A stretch of DNA of 64,000 bases from Minisyncoccia bacterium (GTDB lineage: Bacteria > Patescibacteriota > Minisyncoccia > SW-4-49-11). The notes under the pieces were generated by a model. It did no database searches. It was not told where the DNA came from and was given only the letters and a program-made list of their open reading frames with translations. The translations under genes were made by a program, and so were the position numbers. Position 1 is the first letter of the stretch; each line of letters opens with the position of its first letter. Shown here piece after piece: positions 28,420 to 37,875 of this stretch. The stretch spans positions 402-64,401 of the forward strand of contig JBIKWJ010000004.1 in assembly GCA_044356325.1 (NCBI GenBank), in the 5' to 3' direction.

Positions 28420-30540
28420 TTATCTCGCTGTTCTCTTGGCAATAATATCTTGTTGCACATTGCTAGGAACTGGCTGATAATCATTGAATTCCATCACTGC
28501 ATTTCCTCGTCCTTGTGTCATAGAACGAAGTGTAGTTACATATCCAAACATTGAAGATAGCGGAACTTTTGCTGACACTACTTTGAGTCCACCAGTTCTA
28601 TCATTCATTTCTTCAATAAGTCCTCGTCGTGAATTTAAATCTCCTACTACGTCTCCCATATATTGCTCTGGAATAGTTACTTCCACTGCCATAATTGGCT
28701 CGAGAATAATTGGATTTGCTTTTTTTACAGCTGCTGAAAGAGCCATAGAACCTGCAATTTTGAAAGCTGATTCTGAAGAGTCAACATCATGATATGACCC
28801 GTCATATACTGTTGCTTTGATATTAATAAGTGGGTATCCTGCAATAACACCACGATCTATAGATTCTTTTACTCCCTTTTCAATGGCAGGCACATATTCA
28901 GATGGAATCGATCCTCCCTTTAATTCATTTCCAAAAATATAATGTTGTGGTTTCTTTGGGTCAATTTCAGTTGTTTCAGGATCAAATGACTCAACTCGAA
29001 GATATACATCTCCATATTGTCCTTTTCCTCCTGATTGTTTGATATATTTTCCTTGTGCTTCAGCAGAACTTTGAATAGTTTCTTTATAGGATACTTGTGG
29101 TTGTCCTACATTTACTTCTACGCCAAATTCTCGCTTCATACGATCCACAATAATATCAAGATGAAGCTCTCCCATGCCTGCAATAAGGGTGTCTCCTGTT
29201 ACTTCATCAGAACTTACTTTAAGAGTTGGATCTTCGTCAGATAATTTGTGTAGAGCTAAACTCATTTTTTCTTGATCAGCCTTAGTCTTTGGCTCAAGTT
29301 TAATCTGAATAACAGGTTCTGGGATAACAATTTTCTCCAAGATAATTGGATCTTTCTCATCACAAAGAGTATCTCCTGTAGTAGTATTCTTAAGTCCTAC
29401 AATAGCCCCAATTTCTCCTGCAGATAACTCCTCTACTTCTGTTCGAGAATTAGCATGCATCAAAACAAGTCGAGAAATTCGCTCTTTCTCCCCCTTGGTT
29501 GAGTTATACACATAACTTCCACTCTTAAGAGTTCCAGAATAGACTCGGAAGAATACTAATTGTCCAATATAAGGATCAGTTGCAATTTTGAAAGCAAGTC
29601 CTGCAAATGGTTCATTTTTATCTGCTTTTCGCTCTAATTCTTTTTCTTCATCATCTACATCAGTTCCTTTGGCCGCATCAATATCCAGTGGAGATGGAAG
29701 ATAATCAATAACAGCATCAAGCAATTTTCTTACAATAGCAGTTCGAGAATCTCCTCCGAGTACTGGGAAAATTTTTGATTCAAGAGTTCCTCGTCGAATA
29801 GCATATTTCATTTCTTCAGTTGAGAGCACACCATCATTCAAGAATAATTCAATTAATCTATCATCTACTTCTGAGACTTTCTCCATCAATACTTGTCGAT
29901 ATTCTTCTACTTGCTCGAGCATATCTGCAGGAATTTCAGCCTCAATAATTTCAGTCATACCAGCATCATCAGCATAGACATAGGCTTTATTCTCTACCAA
30001 ATCTACAAGACCTCGTATACCTTGCTCAAAACCAATTGGCAAAGCAATTACAACGGCATCTTTAGATAGTCGCTCCTGAATAGATGCAAATGATTTATAA
30101 AAATCTCCTCCAGTTTGATTGATTTTGTTTACAAAACAAATTCGAGGCACATTATATCTATCAGCTTGTCGCCAAACTGTCTCAGATTGTGGCTCTACCC
30201 CAGATTTTCCATCGAATACGGTAACCGCACCATCGAGCACACGAAGAGATCGCTCTACCTCCATAGTAAAATCAACATGGCCAGGAGTATCAATAATATT
30301 AATTCTATGATCTTTCCAAAAACAAGTAGTAGCAGCTGAGGTGATAGTAATCCCTCGCTCTCGCTCTTGTGCCATCCAATCCATTTCAGCCGCACCATCA
30401 TGTACTTCACCAATTTTATGCTTTAATCCAGTGAAATACAAAATTCGCTCCGTAGTAGTAGTTTTACCTGCATCAATATGCGCAATAATTCCAATATTAC
30501 GAACATCATCAAGAGGAATATCTTTGTGATCTTTGGCCAT
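28420..30540 (-). CDS. fusA: Elongation factor G
   Basis: [26 protein letters not shown] and YHDVDSS, located downstream of rpsG. Confidence 0.98.
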   Translation of the reverse strand: MAKDHKDIPLDDVRNIGIIAHIDAGKTTTTERILYFTGLKHKIGEVHDGAAEMDWMAQERERGITITSAATTCFWKDHRINIIDTPGHVDFTMEVERSLRVLDGAVTVFDGKSGVEPQSETVWRQADRYNVPRICFVNKINQTGGDFYKSFASIQERLSKDAVVIALPIGFEQGIRGLVDLVENKAYVYADDAGMTEIIEAEIPADMLEQVEEYRQVLMEKVSEVDDRLIELFLNDGVLSTEEMKYAIRRGTLESKIFPVLGGDSRTAIVRKLLDAVIDYLPSPLDIDAAKGTDVDDEEKELERKADKNEPFAGLAFKIATDPYIGQLVFFRVYSGTLKSGSYVYNSTKGEKERISRLVLMHANSRTEVEELSAGEIGAIVGLKNTTTGDTLCDEKDPIILEKIVIPEPVIQIKLEPKTKADQEKMSLALHKLSDEDPTLKVSSDEVTGDTLIAGMGELHLDIIVDRMKREFGVEVNVGQPQVSYKETIQSSAEAQGKYIKQSGGKGQYGDVYLRVESFDPETTEIDPKKPQHYIFGNELKGGSIPSEYVPAIEKGVKESIDRGVIAGYPLINIKATVYDGSYHDVDSSESAFKIAGSMALSAAVKKANPIILEPIMAVEVTIPEQYMGDVVGDLNSRRGLIEEMNDRTGGLKVVSAKVPLSSMFGYVTTLRSMTQGRGNAVMEFNDYQPVPSNVQQDIIAKRTAR

Positions 30541-30629
30541 GGTATTTGATTATTAATTACTAATTAGTATACTTACCACTCAAATCCTGACCATGATATT
30601 CATAGACAGGATTCTTAGCAGTATTTCAA

Positions 30630-31097
30630 TTATCTCAAATGAGCAAAAGCTCGGTTTGCTTCCGCCATTCTCTGAGTATCATCTTTTTTCTTGATAACAG
30701 AACCAGTTTTATTGAAAGCATCCATTAACTCTTCAGCTAATTTTTTATCAGTTGACTTACCTTTTTTCTTGCGTACAGCATCTAGAATCCATCGGAATGC
30801 AAGAGAAGTTTTTCGTTCTGGTCGAACTTCTACCGGTACCTGATAATTAGCACCCCCAACTCTTCGAGATTTTACCTCAACTGCAGGAGATACATTTTTT
30901 ACCGCAGTATTGAATACATTCAAAGGATCTTGTGAATGATCTTTTTCAATAATATCCATAGCCCCATAAAATACATTTCGAGCTACTGACTTTTTACCAT
31001 CCAACATAATATAGTTGATAAATTGAGAAACCAAAAGATTCTTGTATCGTGGATCAAGTTCGATTTCTCTGGTATAATTGCGCTTTCTTCTAGCCAT
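30630..31097 (-). CDS. rpsG: 30S ribosomal protein S7
   Basis: GKKS.A, SRRVGGANYQVP and MAEANRAFAH. Confidence 0.98.
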   Translation of the reverse strand: MARRKRNYTREIELDPRYKNLLVSQFINYIMLDGKKSVARNVFYGAMDIIEKDHSQDPLNVFNTAVKNVSPAVEVKSRRVGGANYQVPVEVRPERKTSLAFRWILDAVRKKKGKSTDKKLAEELMDAFNKTGSVIKKKDDTQRMAEANRAFAHLR

Positions 31098-31121
31098 AAT
31101 ATTACAATATCTTAATTAACC

Positions 31122-31535
31122 TTATTTCTTCGGTCTTTTTACCCCATATTTACTTCGCTCTTGAGATCGTCCATCTACTCCAGCAGTATCCAATACTCCT
31201 CGAACAATATGATATCGTACTCCAGGCAAATCTTTTACTCGCCCTCCTCTTAGCATTACTACTGAATGCTCTTGAAGATTATGCCCCATTCCTGGAATAT
31301 ACGCAGTAACTTCTTGTCCATTAGATAATCGAACTCTTGCAATTTTACGTAAAGCTGAGTTAGGTTTTTTAGGAGTGGTAGTTGTAACTTTCACACATAC
31401 TCCTCTTTTGAAAGGGGAATTACTCTCCATAGGCTTATTTTTGAGAACATTAAAAGTTCTAGCCAATGCTGGAGACTTGGTTTTCTTTACTCCGGTCTTG
31501 CGACCTTTTCGTACTAATTGTTGTATAGTAGGCAT
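31122..31535 (-). CDS. rpsL: 30S ribosomal protein S12
   Basis: [23 protein letters not shown] and [12 protein letters not shown]. Confidence 0.99.
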   Translation of the reverse strand: MPTIQQLVRKGRKTGVKKTKSPALARTFNVLKNKPMESNSPFKRGVCVKVTTTTPKKPNSALRKIARVRLSNGQEVTAYIPGMGHNLQEHSVVMLRGGRVKDLPGVRYHIVRGVLDTAGVDGRSQERSKYGVKRPKK

Positions 31536-31659
31536 AAATAATAATTATAATTAGCGGGGTGAGCAGTTTATACACCTATAAACGCTCAAAAGCACACCTC
31601 TTTTGGGAACTTGTTCTATTGTAGTATATATATTGTTATTTGTCAATATAAAGTTGGGG

Positions 31660-31868
31660 TTTCGTAGCGGAGGCTTTAAGTCCCTCCCATATTTTAGTTT
31701 GGGAGGGGGTTTATCCCGGCATATTTCGTAGAGTCAGAGACCTAGCCGATATATAGTTTCGTAGGGGCGACCTTTAAAGCCACCTGTACTATTTTGTCCT
31801 CCTTCGGAGGAGCTTTTGTCCCTCCTATATTTATTTAGGAGGGGGTGCCCCTCAGGGCGGAGGTGAAT
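31660..31868. repeat. Composite REP-like palindromic element 4
   Basis: Three TTTCGTAG-headed units (one is GTAGGGGCGACC), plus TGTCCTCCTTCGGAGGAG and GGGGTGCCCCTCAGGGCGGAGGTG units. Confidence 0.7.
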
Positions 31869-31979
31869 TAGAGCAAAATACTAAATTAAAAAGATTTTAT
31901 ACATACACCTGTTATTGTAAATTGACAAAATATGAATTTTGTGTTATGAATAAAGAGTTCTATGCACATTCACAAACTC

Positions 31980-32948
31980 ATGGCTAGATTCGATCCCTTT
32001 TATCTTCCACCTATTTGGACTGTACCCGATGATGAGATTCACATAATTTCATGGTTCGGCATGCGCCCAGATAACGGCAGAATGGGATTTTTTTCTAAAA
32101 TCGCTACTCCAGGGCCGCACATAATTGTCCCAGGGGCAAAATTGGTAGGTGCATATAGTACAAATCAATTCCCCGTATATCTATTTCGGCATGACACTCC
32201 AACACCTGGAGATTATGCTGAACTAGAGCTGCCAGATATCACATTAACTGCAAAAGTTAGTATAATAGCTCAACTCAAGGGAAATGGTTTACGCCAAAAA
32301 GCAAGTAGTGTTTTCAATGCACATTATAATGCCGAAGATCAAGATGTATTACAGGCAACTGAACGCATCTTGAACCCTTATATCCGTCTAGTTCTGCAGA
32401 GACATTCTTATACAGAATACACCAATCAGCGTGCAGATGGAAAAACCCTAAATGAGATTCAAGTCTCCAAAATTACACCGGACCAATTGCTACAAGCTCT
32501 TGGCCTGAAGCAATTTGGGGCTAGAATTGATAAAGATACAGGTGTTGCAGAAGAAGATATTAGAAAAATTGGTGAAACAATCCTAGACAAACTTGACAAT
32601 ATCGGAGTTGACTTAATGTCGATTAACATCGATGATTTGTCTCTTCCTGATACAGTCAATGAGGCTAGGAATAGATCTGCCGTAGAGAAAGCCGAGCAAC
32701 AAGCTGCACTCGATCGCGAAATAGCCCGAGCTCGAGTAATTGAGCAGCAGGTCGAAAACCGAGTTAAAGAGGCACAGGGATTGCTCAAAGCCGTGAAAGC
32801 ATTAAGTGAGAATAAAACTATCTCCGATGAACAAGCCTACAGAGCATTGGTAGAGATACCTGCTTTGAAGGAAATTGTGGGAGACAAAGATAAGTTCATC
32901 ACTGAAGGTGGGCTTAGTGGCCTCCTTGCCATGCTACAATCAAAGTAG
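31980..32948 (+). CDS. Divergent SPFH/band-7 domain protein
   Basis: PGPHIIVPG, GVDLMSINIDDLSLPDTV..A...AVEKAE..A and a coiled-coil tail. It has its own promoter and terminator. Confidence 0.65.
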   Translation: MARFDPFYLPPIWTVPDDEIHIISWFGMRPDNGRMGFFSKIATPGPHIIVPGAKLVGAYSTNQFPVYLFRHDTPTPGDYAELELPDITLTAKVSIIAQLKGNGLRQKASSVFNAHYNAEDQDVLQATERILNPYIRLVLQRHSYTEYTNQRADGKTLNEIQVSKITPDQLLQALGLKQFGARIDKDTGVAEEDIRKIGETILDKLDNIGVDLMSINIDDLSLPDTVNEARNRSAVEKAEQQAALDREIARARVIEQQVENRVKEAQGLLKAVKALSENKTISDEQAYRALVEIPALKEIVGDKDKFITEGGLSGLLAMLQSK

Positions 32949-32968
32949 ACTTATAATCTACTTCCTTA

Positions 32969-32993
32969 GCCGAGATAATATCTCGGCTTTTTT
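32969..32993 (+). terminator. Intrinsic terminator
   Basis: AGCCGAGATA-A-TATCTCGGCT followed by a T-run. Confidence 0.75.
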
Positions 32994-33072
32994 ATTTATA
33001 GTTTATGTCTATAAATATTGACATTTTGTCTAAAATATGCTATATATATTATGTTCTTTTCATCGAGGCACT

Positions 33073-33852
33073 ATGGCAAATCGTCGCTATAGCCTTAACA
33101 ATCAGTCCAAACAATCTGGCACCACCTCAGGTGCTAATTCTTCAACAAGCTCTTCACCCCCTTCATCCTCTGCTCCGGCAGGTAATAGTGGTAGTGGAAT
33201 GAAGATTCCATCTGGAGTTTCTCCTGGATTGCTTATCGCTGGTAGTGGTGCCTACCTCTTGGCACGAATGTTCTTCTTTGGGGGTGCTCTCGGGCCTATT
33301 GAGGCAATCGCTATCCTGATTGCAGATGGCTTCGCCTACAAGAACGGAGGCAAGGGACAAAAAAAACTTGCCGCCCTGATCATAGGCTTTACTGCCCTGA
33401 ATCTTGTATTCCCTGGTATTATCCCATGGATAAGAGGATTCCGGGAAGCCCAGATCAACCCTCCTGCTCCAGTTGAACAGGTAGCTCCTCCACCAGTTGA
33501 GGAGCCTCCTCCTTCAACCGAAAGAGTTGTAGTATCTGGTAAGAAAATCACCCTTACAGGTGATGGAACTTACTCGATACCCAAAGGGCGAAAGTCTCTT
33601 TGCTTCACAAACTTGGGAATGAAGGATGGGAGTTCAAATACCTCTCAGTATATGACTTTAAATGGAAAGGAATATATTTCTCTGGGGACAGAATGCCATG
33701 ATCTCCCTGAAGATCTCGAGGGAAAAGTTATCGTAGACTTTTTCCCTGGCAAAGAGTATGGTACTCCTGAAGGAGTGAGAGAACTCTATGCTTATTGGAA
33801 ATCCCAACCAGGAGGACAATCCGAATTACCTATCATTCGACTAGGTGAATAA
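33073..33852 (+). CDS. Hypothetical orphan membrane protein
   Basis: Ser/Gly-rich N-terminus, 2-3 TM segments, Pro-rich linker and a C-terminal domain. It has its own promoter and terminator. Confidence 0.6.
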   Translation: MANRRYSLNNQSKQSGTTSGANSSTSSSPPSSSAPAGNSGSGMKIPSGVSPGLLIAGSGAYLLARMFFFGGALGPIEAIAILIADGFAYKNGGKGQKKLAALIIGFTALNLVFPGIIPWIRGFREAQINPPAPVEQVAPPPVEEPPPSTERVVVSGKKITLTGDGTYSIPKGRKSLCFTNLGMKDGSSNTSQYMTLNGKEYISLGTECHDLPEDLEGKVIVDFFPGKEYGTPEGVRELYAYWKSQPGGQSELPIIRLGE

Positions 33853-33878
33853 AATTTACTCTCAGTCACCAAATAGCA

Positions 33879-33904
33879 AACCTACCCACTGTGGTAGGTT
33901 TTTT
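33879..33904 (+). terminator. Intrinsic terminator
   Basis: AACCTACC-cactgt-GGTAGGTT followed by a T-run. Confidence 0.7.
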
Positions 33905-33918
33905 CTTTTTGTAAAGAT

Positions 33919-34821
33919 TCAAACCAAGGCTGAGATAATATATTGTGTGATGAGGAAAGCCCCCATAATTATCATAAGTCCCACCACTGCATTCCTAATT
34001 CCATCTAAAGCCTGACCTACTTCTCCTGGATTAGAACTTGTCATATATTTAAAACCTGACATTACCAGTATTGCAACGGTAATAGCACCTAATATTCCTA
34101 ATAAAGCATTAATAATACCCGCTATAAGATCTGGAATACTATTGAACTTAATAGGATTAGTGAATCCTACACTTTGAGGCGCTGATGAGTCAGTAGTTCC
34201 TCCCCCACCAGTAGATCCAGGAGTAGCAGTACTTGCAGTACAAGTTGGTTTACCACCTTGAGTAGCACAAACTTGCCCAGAGGTACAAGTCTTTCCATCA
34301 CATTTACCATTAACACTTGCATCTTTTGTACAAGTAGGCTTACCTCCCTGAGTGGCACATACTTGCCCAGAAGTACAGGTCTTTCCATCACAAGTATCAG
34401 CCGTTGAACCTCCTGAGGTTGATCCACCAGGACTACCTGGTGGTTTTTTACTAATGTCACATGGTCCTGTTTTAGGCCCTGGAGCTCTACATACACCTAA
34501 TTCACCACCAGATTTACAAGCATCTCCAATTATAACACAATCTTCCCACCCATTCTTCTCAGAATCAAGTGTTTTACAAGTCAATGGATTATTTTTTGCT
34601 ACACTATCTGCATTTGTCCTATCACAAAAACCACTTTCAGTCTGCGTTGCAGTTCCTGCAGATTGCCCTCTTCCTCCAGTAGTTACTTCTCTTTGATAGG
34701 TACAATCATCTCCATTTTTTTTACCAGAACATGCGGTATTTTGTGGAGAACTCTGAGCAAAGCTATTCTGAGGGATAATTAATCCTATACCTAATAAAAG
34801 TGAGAATAAAATATATTTCAT
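33919..34821 (-). CDS. VirB2/TrbC-like (T4SS-type) pilin with Cys-rich N-terminal repeats
   Basis: Signal peptide, two copies of CDGKTCTSGQVCATQGGKPTCT, and C-terminal ..SGFKYMTSSNP....A...IRNAVVGL.II.GA. Confidence 0.8.
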   Translation of the reverse strand: MKYILFSLLLGIGLIIPQNSFAQSSPQNTACSGKKNGDDCTYQREVTTGGRGQSAGTATQTESGFCDRTNADSVAKNNPLTCKTLDSEKNGWEDCVIIGDACKSGGELGVCRAPGPKTGPCDISKKPPGSPGGSTSGGSTADTCDGKTCTSGQVCATQGGKPTCTKDASVNGKCDGKTCTSGQVCATQGGKPTCTASTATPGSTGGGGTTDSSAPQSVGFTNPIKFNSIPDLIAGIINALLGILGAITVAILVMSGFKYMTSSNPGEVGQALDGIRNAVVGLMIIMGAFLITQYIISALV

Positions 34822-34822
34822 A

Positions 34823-35239
34823 CTAATTTGCATTTAATGGTATATTGATATCATCTACTGTGTCATCTGCTGGGAATACAAATCCTAATACGGTATTGGA
34901 TACGACAAAGGCAAAGAATATAATAATCAGTCCTATGATTGCATTTACCATTCTTTTTTGAGCTGATTCAGCCTGCTTCTCATCCCCTCCTGCTGTTGCA
35001 TATTCAAATCCTGCATATAGGAATATAATAAATATTATAATTCCTATAAATCCTAATATCCACCTTATAATAATCGACACTGTCTCTATCAGGCTTGGTC
35101 CCTCAGCTATTCCGGTATTAATTGGGATTGTCCCTGGATCAGGGAGAGTGGCATCAGGGGCTCTTTGAGCTAGAGATATATTAGAACTTAATACAAATCC
35201 CCCCATCAATAAAGCTATTATAATCAATAAGACTCTCAT
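34823..35239 (-). CDS. VirB2/TrbC-like pilin
   Basis: IRWILGFIGII...YAGFEYATAGGDEK...A...MVNAIIGL.II. Confidence 0.82.
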   Translation of the reverse strand: MRVLLIIIALLMGGFVLSSNISLAQRAPDATLPDPGTIPINTGIAEGPSLIETVSIIIRWILGFIGIIIFIIFLYAGFEYATAGGDEKQAESAQKRMVNAIIGLIIIFFAFVVSNTVLGFVFPADDTVDDINIPLNAN

Positions 35240-35356
35240 ATCTATTTTACTATTCTATATATTACAAGTATATCAAGTATTCTATTATCTGACAAGAAGA
35301 TGTATAAGATGAGGAAATTGTAGACACTGAGTTCTATTCAAAGTGTAAGCTTGTAT

Positions 35357-35520
35357 TTTATCCACCCCGTCTCCTCCCATACAAAAGTATGAGAGGAGAC
35401 ACCCCTCAAGAGGGGAATTTTTCGTACAGTACATTTTTATATATTCCCCTCTTGAGGGGTGCCGTCGCTAGACGGTGGGGTGGAATACGGGCGACTGTAA
35501 GGTCACCCCTACACAACTCA
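35357..35520. repeat. Composite REP-like palindromic element 5
   Basis: Inverted pair CACCCCTCAAGAGGGGAAT / ATTCCCCTCTTGAGGGGTG plus a minus-strand GTAGGGG REP unit. Confidence 0.8.
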
Positions 35521-35587
35521 CACTTTATCTAGATATATGTCTCATCTTCTGAAGAAGATGAGACAAAGGATATAGTCTATCCCCTAA

Positions 35588-35625
35588 ATAATAAAAAGGG
35601 ATATGATAATCCCTTTTTATTATTT
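35588..35625 (-). terminator. Terminator within the pilin array
   Basis: AATAATAAAAAGGGAT...ATCCCTTTTTATTATT. Confidence 0.65.
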
Positions 35626-35643
35626 GTATATTAGATACATTAT

Positions 35644-36030
35644 TTAGACATTTCCTTGGAATACGAATGACAATACTGCATTTGAAGCAACAAAGGCAAA
35701 GAATATAATAATTAATCCAATTACTGCATTAATCATTCGAGATGTTGCACTTTTTGCTTTTCCTTCATCTCCTCCTGCTGTTGCATATTCAAATCCTGCA
35801 AATAAGAAGATAATAAATATAACAATTCCAATAAATCCTAATGCCCATCGAATAACGAGAGAGATGGTTCCTGTCAAACTAGTAGATTGAAAAACTCCTG
35901 TTCCAGTTGGAATAACTCCTATTCCTCTATTATCTGGGGTAGGTGATACAGCTCCAGCTAAAGCAGGTGCTAATACTAATAAAGGTAATAATACTCTTGT
36001 CACTATTGATTTTATTCTGGAGTTATTCAT
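35644..36030 (-). CDS. VirB2/TrbC-like pilin
   Basis: IRWALGFIGIV...FAGFEYATAGGDEGK...A...MINAVIGL. It has its own terminator. Confidence 0.82.
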   Translation of the reverse strand: MNNSRIKSIVTRVLLPLLVLAPALAGAVSPTPDNRGIGVIPTGTGVFQSTSLTGTISLVIRWALGFIGIVIFIIFLFAGFEYATAGGDEGKAKSATSRMINAVIGLIIIFFAFVASNAVLSFVFQGNV

Positions 36031-36129
36031 AAGAATATCTATAATTATTAAATAATATGTCCTATAAGTATATATTATCATATAATATATACTTATGCAA
36101 GTAATAGCATTGTGGATAAGTCTATTATA

Positions 36130-36468
36130 TTATAAGCCAAAGACAAATCCTAAGACCGCATTAGACAAAACAAATGCTAACCCTACAATAAACACTCCTA
36201 TTACTGCTGCTGCAATTCTACTTATGGCTTCTTCGGTTTTTTTAGGATCTCCCCCTGCTGTTGCATATTGGAATCCAGAAAATAGTATAAGGACAAATAA
36301 TATTATCCCTATTAACCCGAGGCTCCATCTTACAATAGCAGATACAAAGGTAAATATATCTCCTTGTTCTGTTACCCCAGTACCAGTAGGAATACCCAAA
36401 ACAGGTGGTACAGATTCCTGAGCTTTGGCTGTAGCTATTATAAGATTTGCTATAAGTTTTTCTAACAT
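36130..36468 (-). CDS. VirB2/TrbC-like pilin
   Basis: VRWSLGLIGII...FSGFQYATAGGDPKK..EA...I..AVIG. Confidence 0.82.
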   Translation of the reverse strand: MLEKLIANLIIATAKAQESVPPVLGIPTGTGVTEQGDIFTFVSAIVRWSLGLIGIILFVLILFSGFQYATAGGDPKKTEEAISRIAAAVIGVFIVGLAFVLSNAVLGFVFGL

Positions 36469-36479
36469 ATATAAGATTA

Positions 36480-37151
36480 TTAAGCGCCAGCAGCAAGTAA
36501 ACCACTAGTTACAAAATTAGTAATGAGGAATGCCCCCATAATAATAAGCAATCCAATCACGGCATTGGTAATAGCTCCTGTAGCAGCTGCTGTTTGGCTA
36601 GCATTTCCAGAGGACGTCATATAAAGATATCCTTGTAATACAATGATTATAAAAAATACAGTTCCAAGAAGCCCTAATATCCAGCGTATAATATTAGCGA
36701 CATATCCTATGAGAGTTCCTCCTGTATTAAGTCCTGATCCAGCATTTCTGAATTGATTTAACCCCTGAGACAGTCCATTTGATTCACTATTAATATTATT
36801 ACCGCCAGTTGTAGGTGTTCCATTTGGAGAGTTTGGTGTATTTGGATTTTGCTTAGCATCTGCTGCAGGTTTTAATGTATTGGCTTTAGGTACAGGAGCA
36901 CATACAATTTCCTTTGCTTGATTTTGAATACATGCTTGTCCAGAGCTACATTTAACAGTAGAGTCTCCTCGGCAATCTCCATTACTTTCTGCCTGATTTT
37001 CCAAACATTTTGTAGCACCATCTACTGTTACACAGACAAAATCTCCCGTACAGTTAGGACCAGTGCCACAAGCAGCTAAAGCATTATCTGCCCCCCCCAT
37101 AAATCCGATTGCAAATAGAATTGCTAAACTTGTTGATAAAATAAATCTCAT
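36480..37151 (-). CDS. VirB2/TrbC-like pilin with Cys-rich N-terminal domain
   Basis: Signal peptide, 8-Cys region, and IRWILGLLG...QGYLYMTSSGN......A...ITNAVIGL. Confidence 0.8.
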   Translation of the reverse strand: MRFILSTSLAILFAIGFMGGADNALAACGTGPNCTGDFVCVTVDGATKCLENQAESNGDCRGDSTVKCSSGQACIQNQAKEIVCAPVPKANTLKPAADAKQNPNTPNSPNGTPTTGGNNINSESNGLSQGLNQFRNAGSGLNTGGTLIGYVANIIRWILGLLGTVFFIIIVLQGYLYMTSSGNASQTAAATGAITNAVIGLLIIMGAFLITNFVTSGLLAAGA

Positions 37152-37181
37152 AATATCTATATTTAATTATTTTTAATTATA

Positions 37182-37865
37182 TCATCTTTTTCTTAATTTC
37201 CAAATAAATAACCCAAGCCCCCCAGCAAGAAATAGTATTCCTCCTATTAAAATAGCTATATTTCCGGATGTTTTAGATTGTTCTGGATCTGAATTTGTAT
37301 CAGTATTAGGGGTAGGAGTATTGGTAGATAATAGTATAGTTCCTGCCTCATCTCGAATAACTCCATTTTCTTTTTGAAGGGTTTTCTGAGTTTCCTCTGA
37401 TAATGTAATATCTGGACCAAGACAATCTGCTATACAGGTATTATTATTCTCCCCTTTTTCATATTCACAGACATTATTTTGATTGCAAGTACTGTCCTTG
37501 GTTACATCTATATTCAATACTTTTCCATTTTGACTCTTGATATTAATAGCCTTAACATGAGGGAAATAAGGAATATTTATCACAAAAGTACCTTCTTTAT
37601 AGGGATATATTAGAGTTTGAGGAAAAGTGTATTGATAAGCCTCTAAATTTACCTGGAAATTATTATCTACAGGAAGAGCTGCTCTATCGTAAATACTTAA
37701 AGTATCATCAGTATCCTGTACCTGTATTGGCTCTGAGACAAATTTATCTAGACGAATTTCATCAGTAGCTTTGTCATAAAATAAAGATACTTGATAACTT
37801 TTGGCAGTACTAATCAATGGGAGGAATAGTAGGGTTAAGAATATGGTGTAAAAAGAGAATTTCAT
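37182..37865 (-). CDS. Secreted protein with C-terminal membrane anchor
   Basis: Signal peptide, CNQNNVCE...EN..TC..DC motif, and a C-terminal TM followed by KLRKR. Confidence 0.65.
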   Translation of the reverse strand: MKFSFYTIFLTLLFLPLISTAKSYQVSLFYDKATDEIRLDKFVSEPIQVQDTDDTLSIYDRAALPVDNNFQVNLEAYQYTFPQTLIYPYKEGTFVINIPYFPHVKAINIKSQNGKVLNIDVTKDSTCNQNNVCEYEKGENNNTCIADCLGPDITLSEETQKTLQKENGVIRDEAGTILLSTNTPTPNTDTNSDPEQSKTSGNIAILIGGILFLAGGLGLFIWKLRKR

Positions 37866-37875
37866 AGTATTGATA

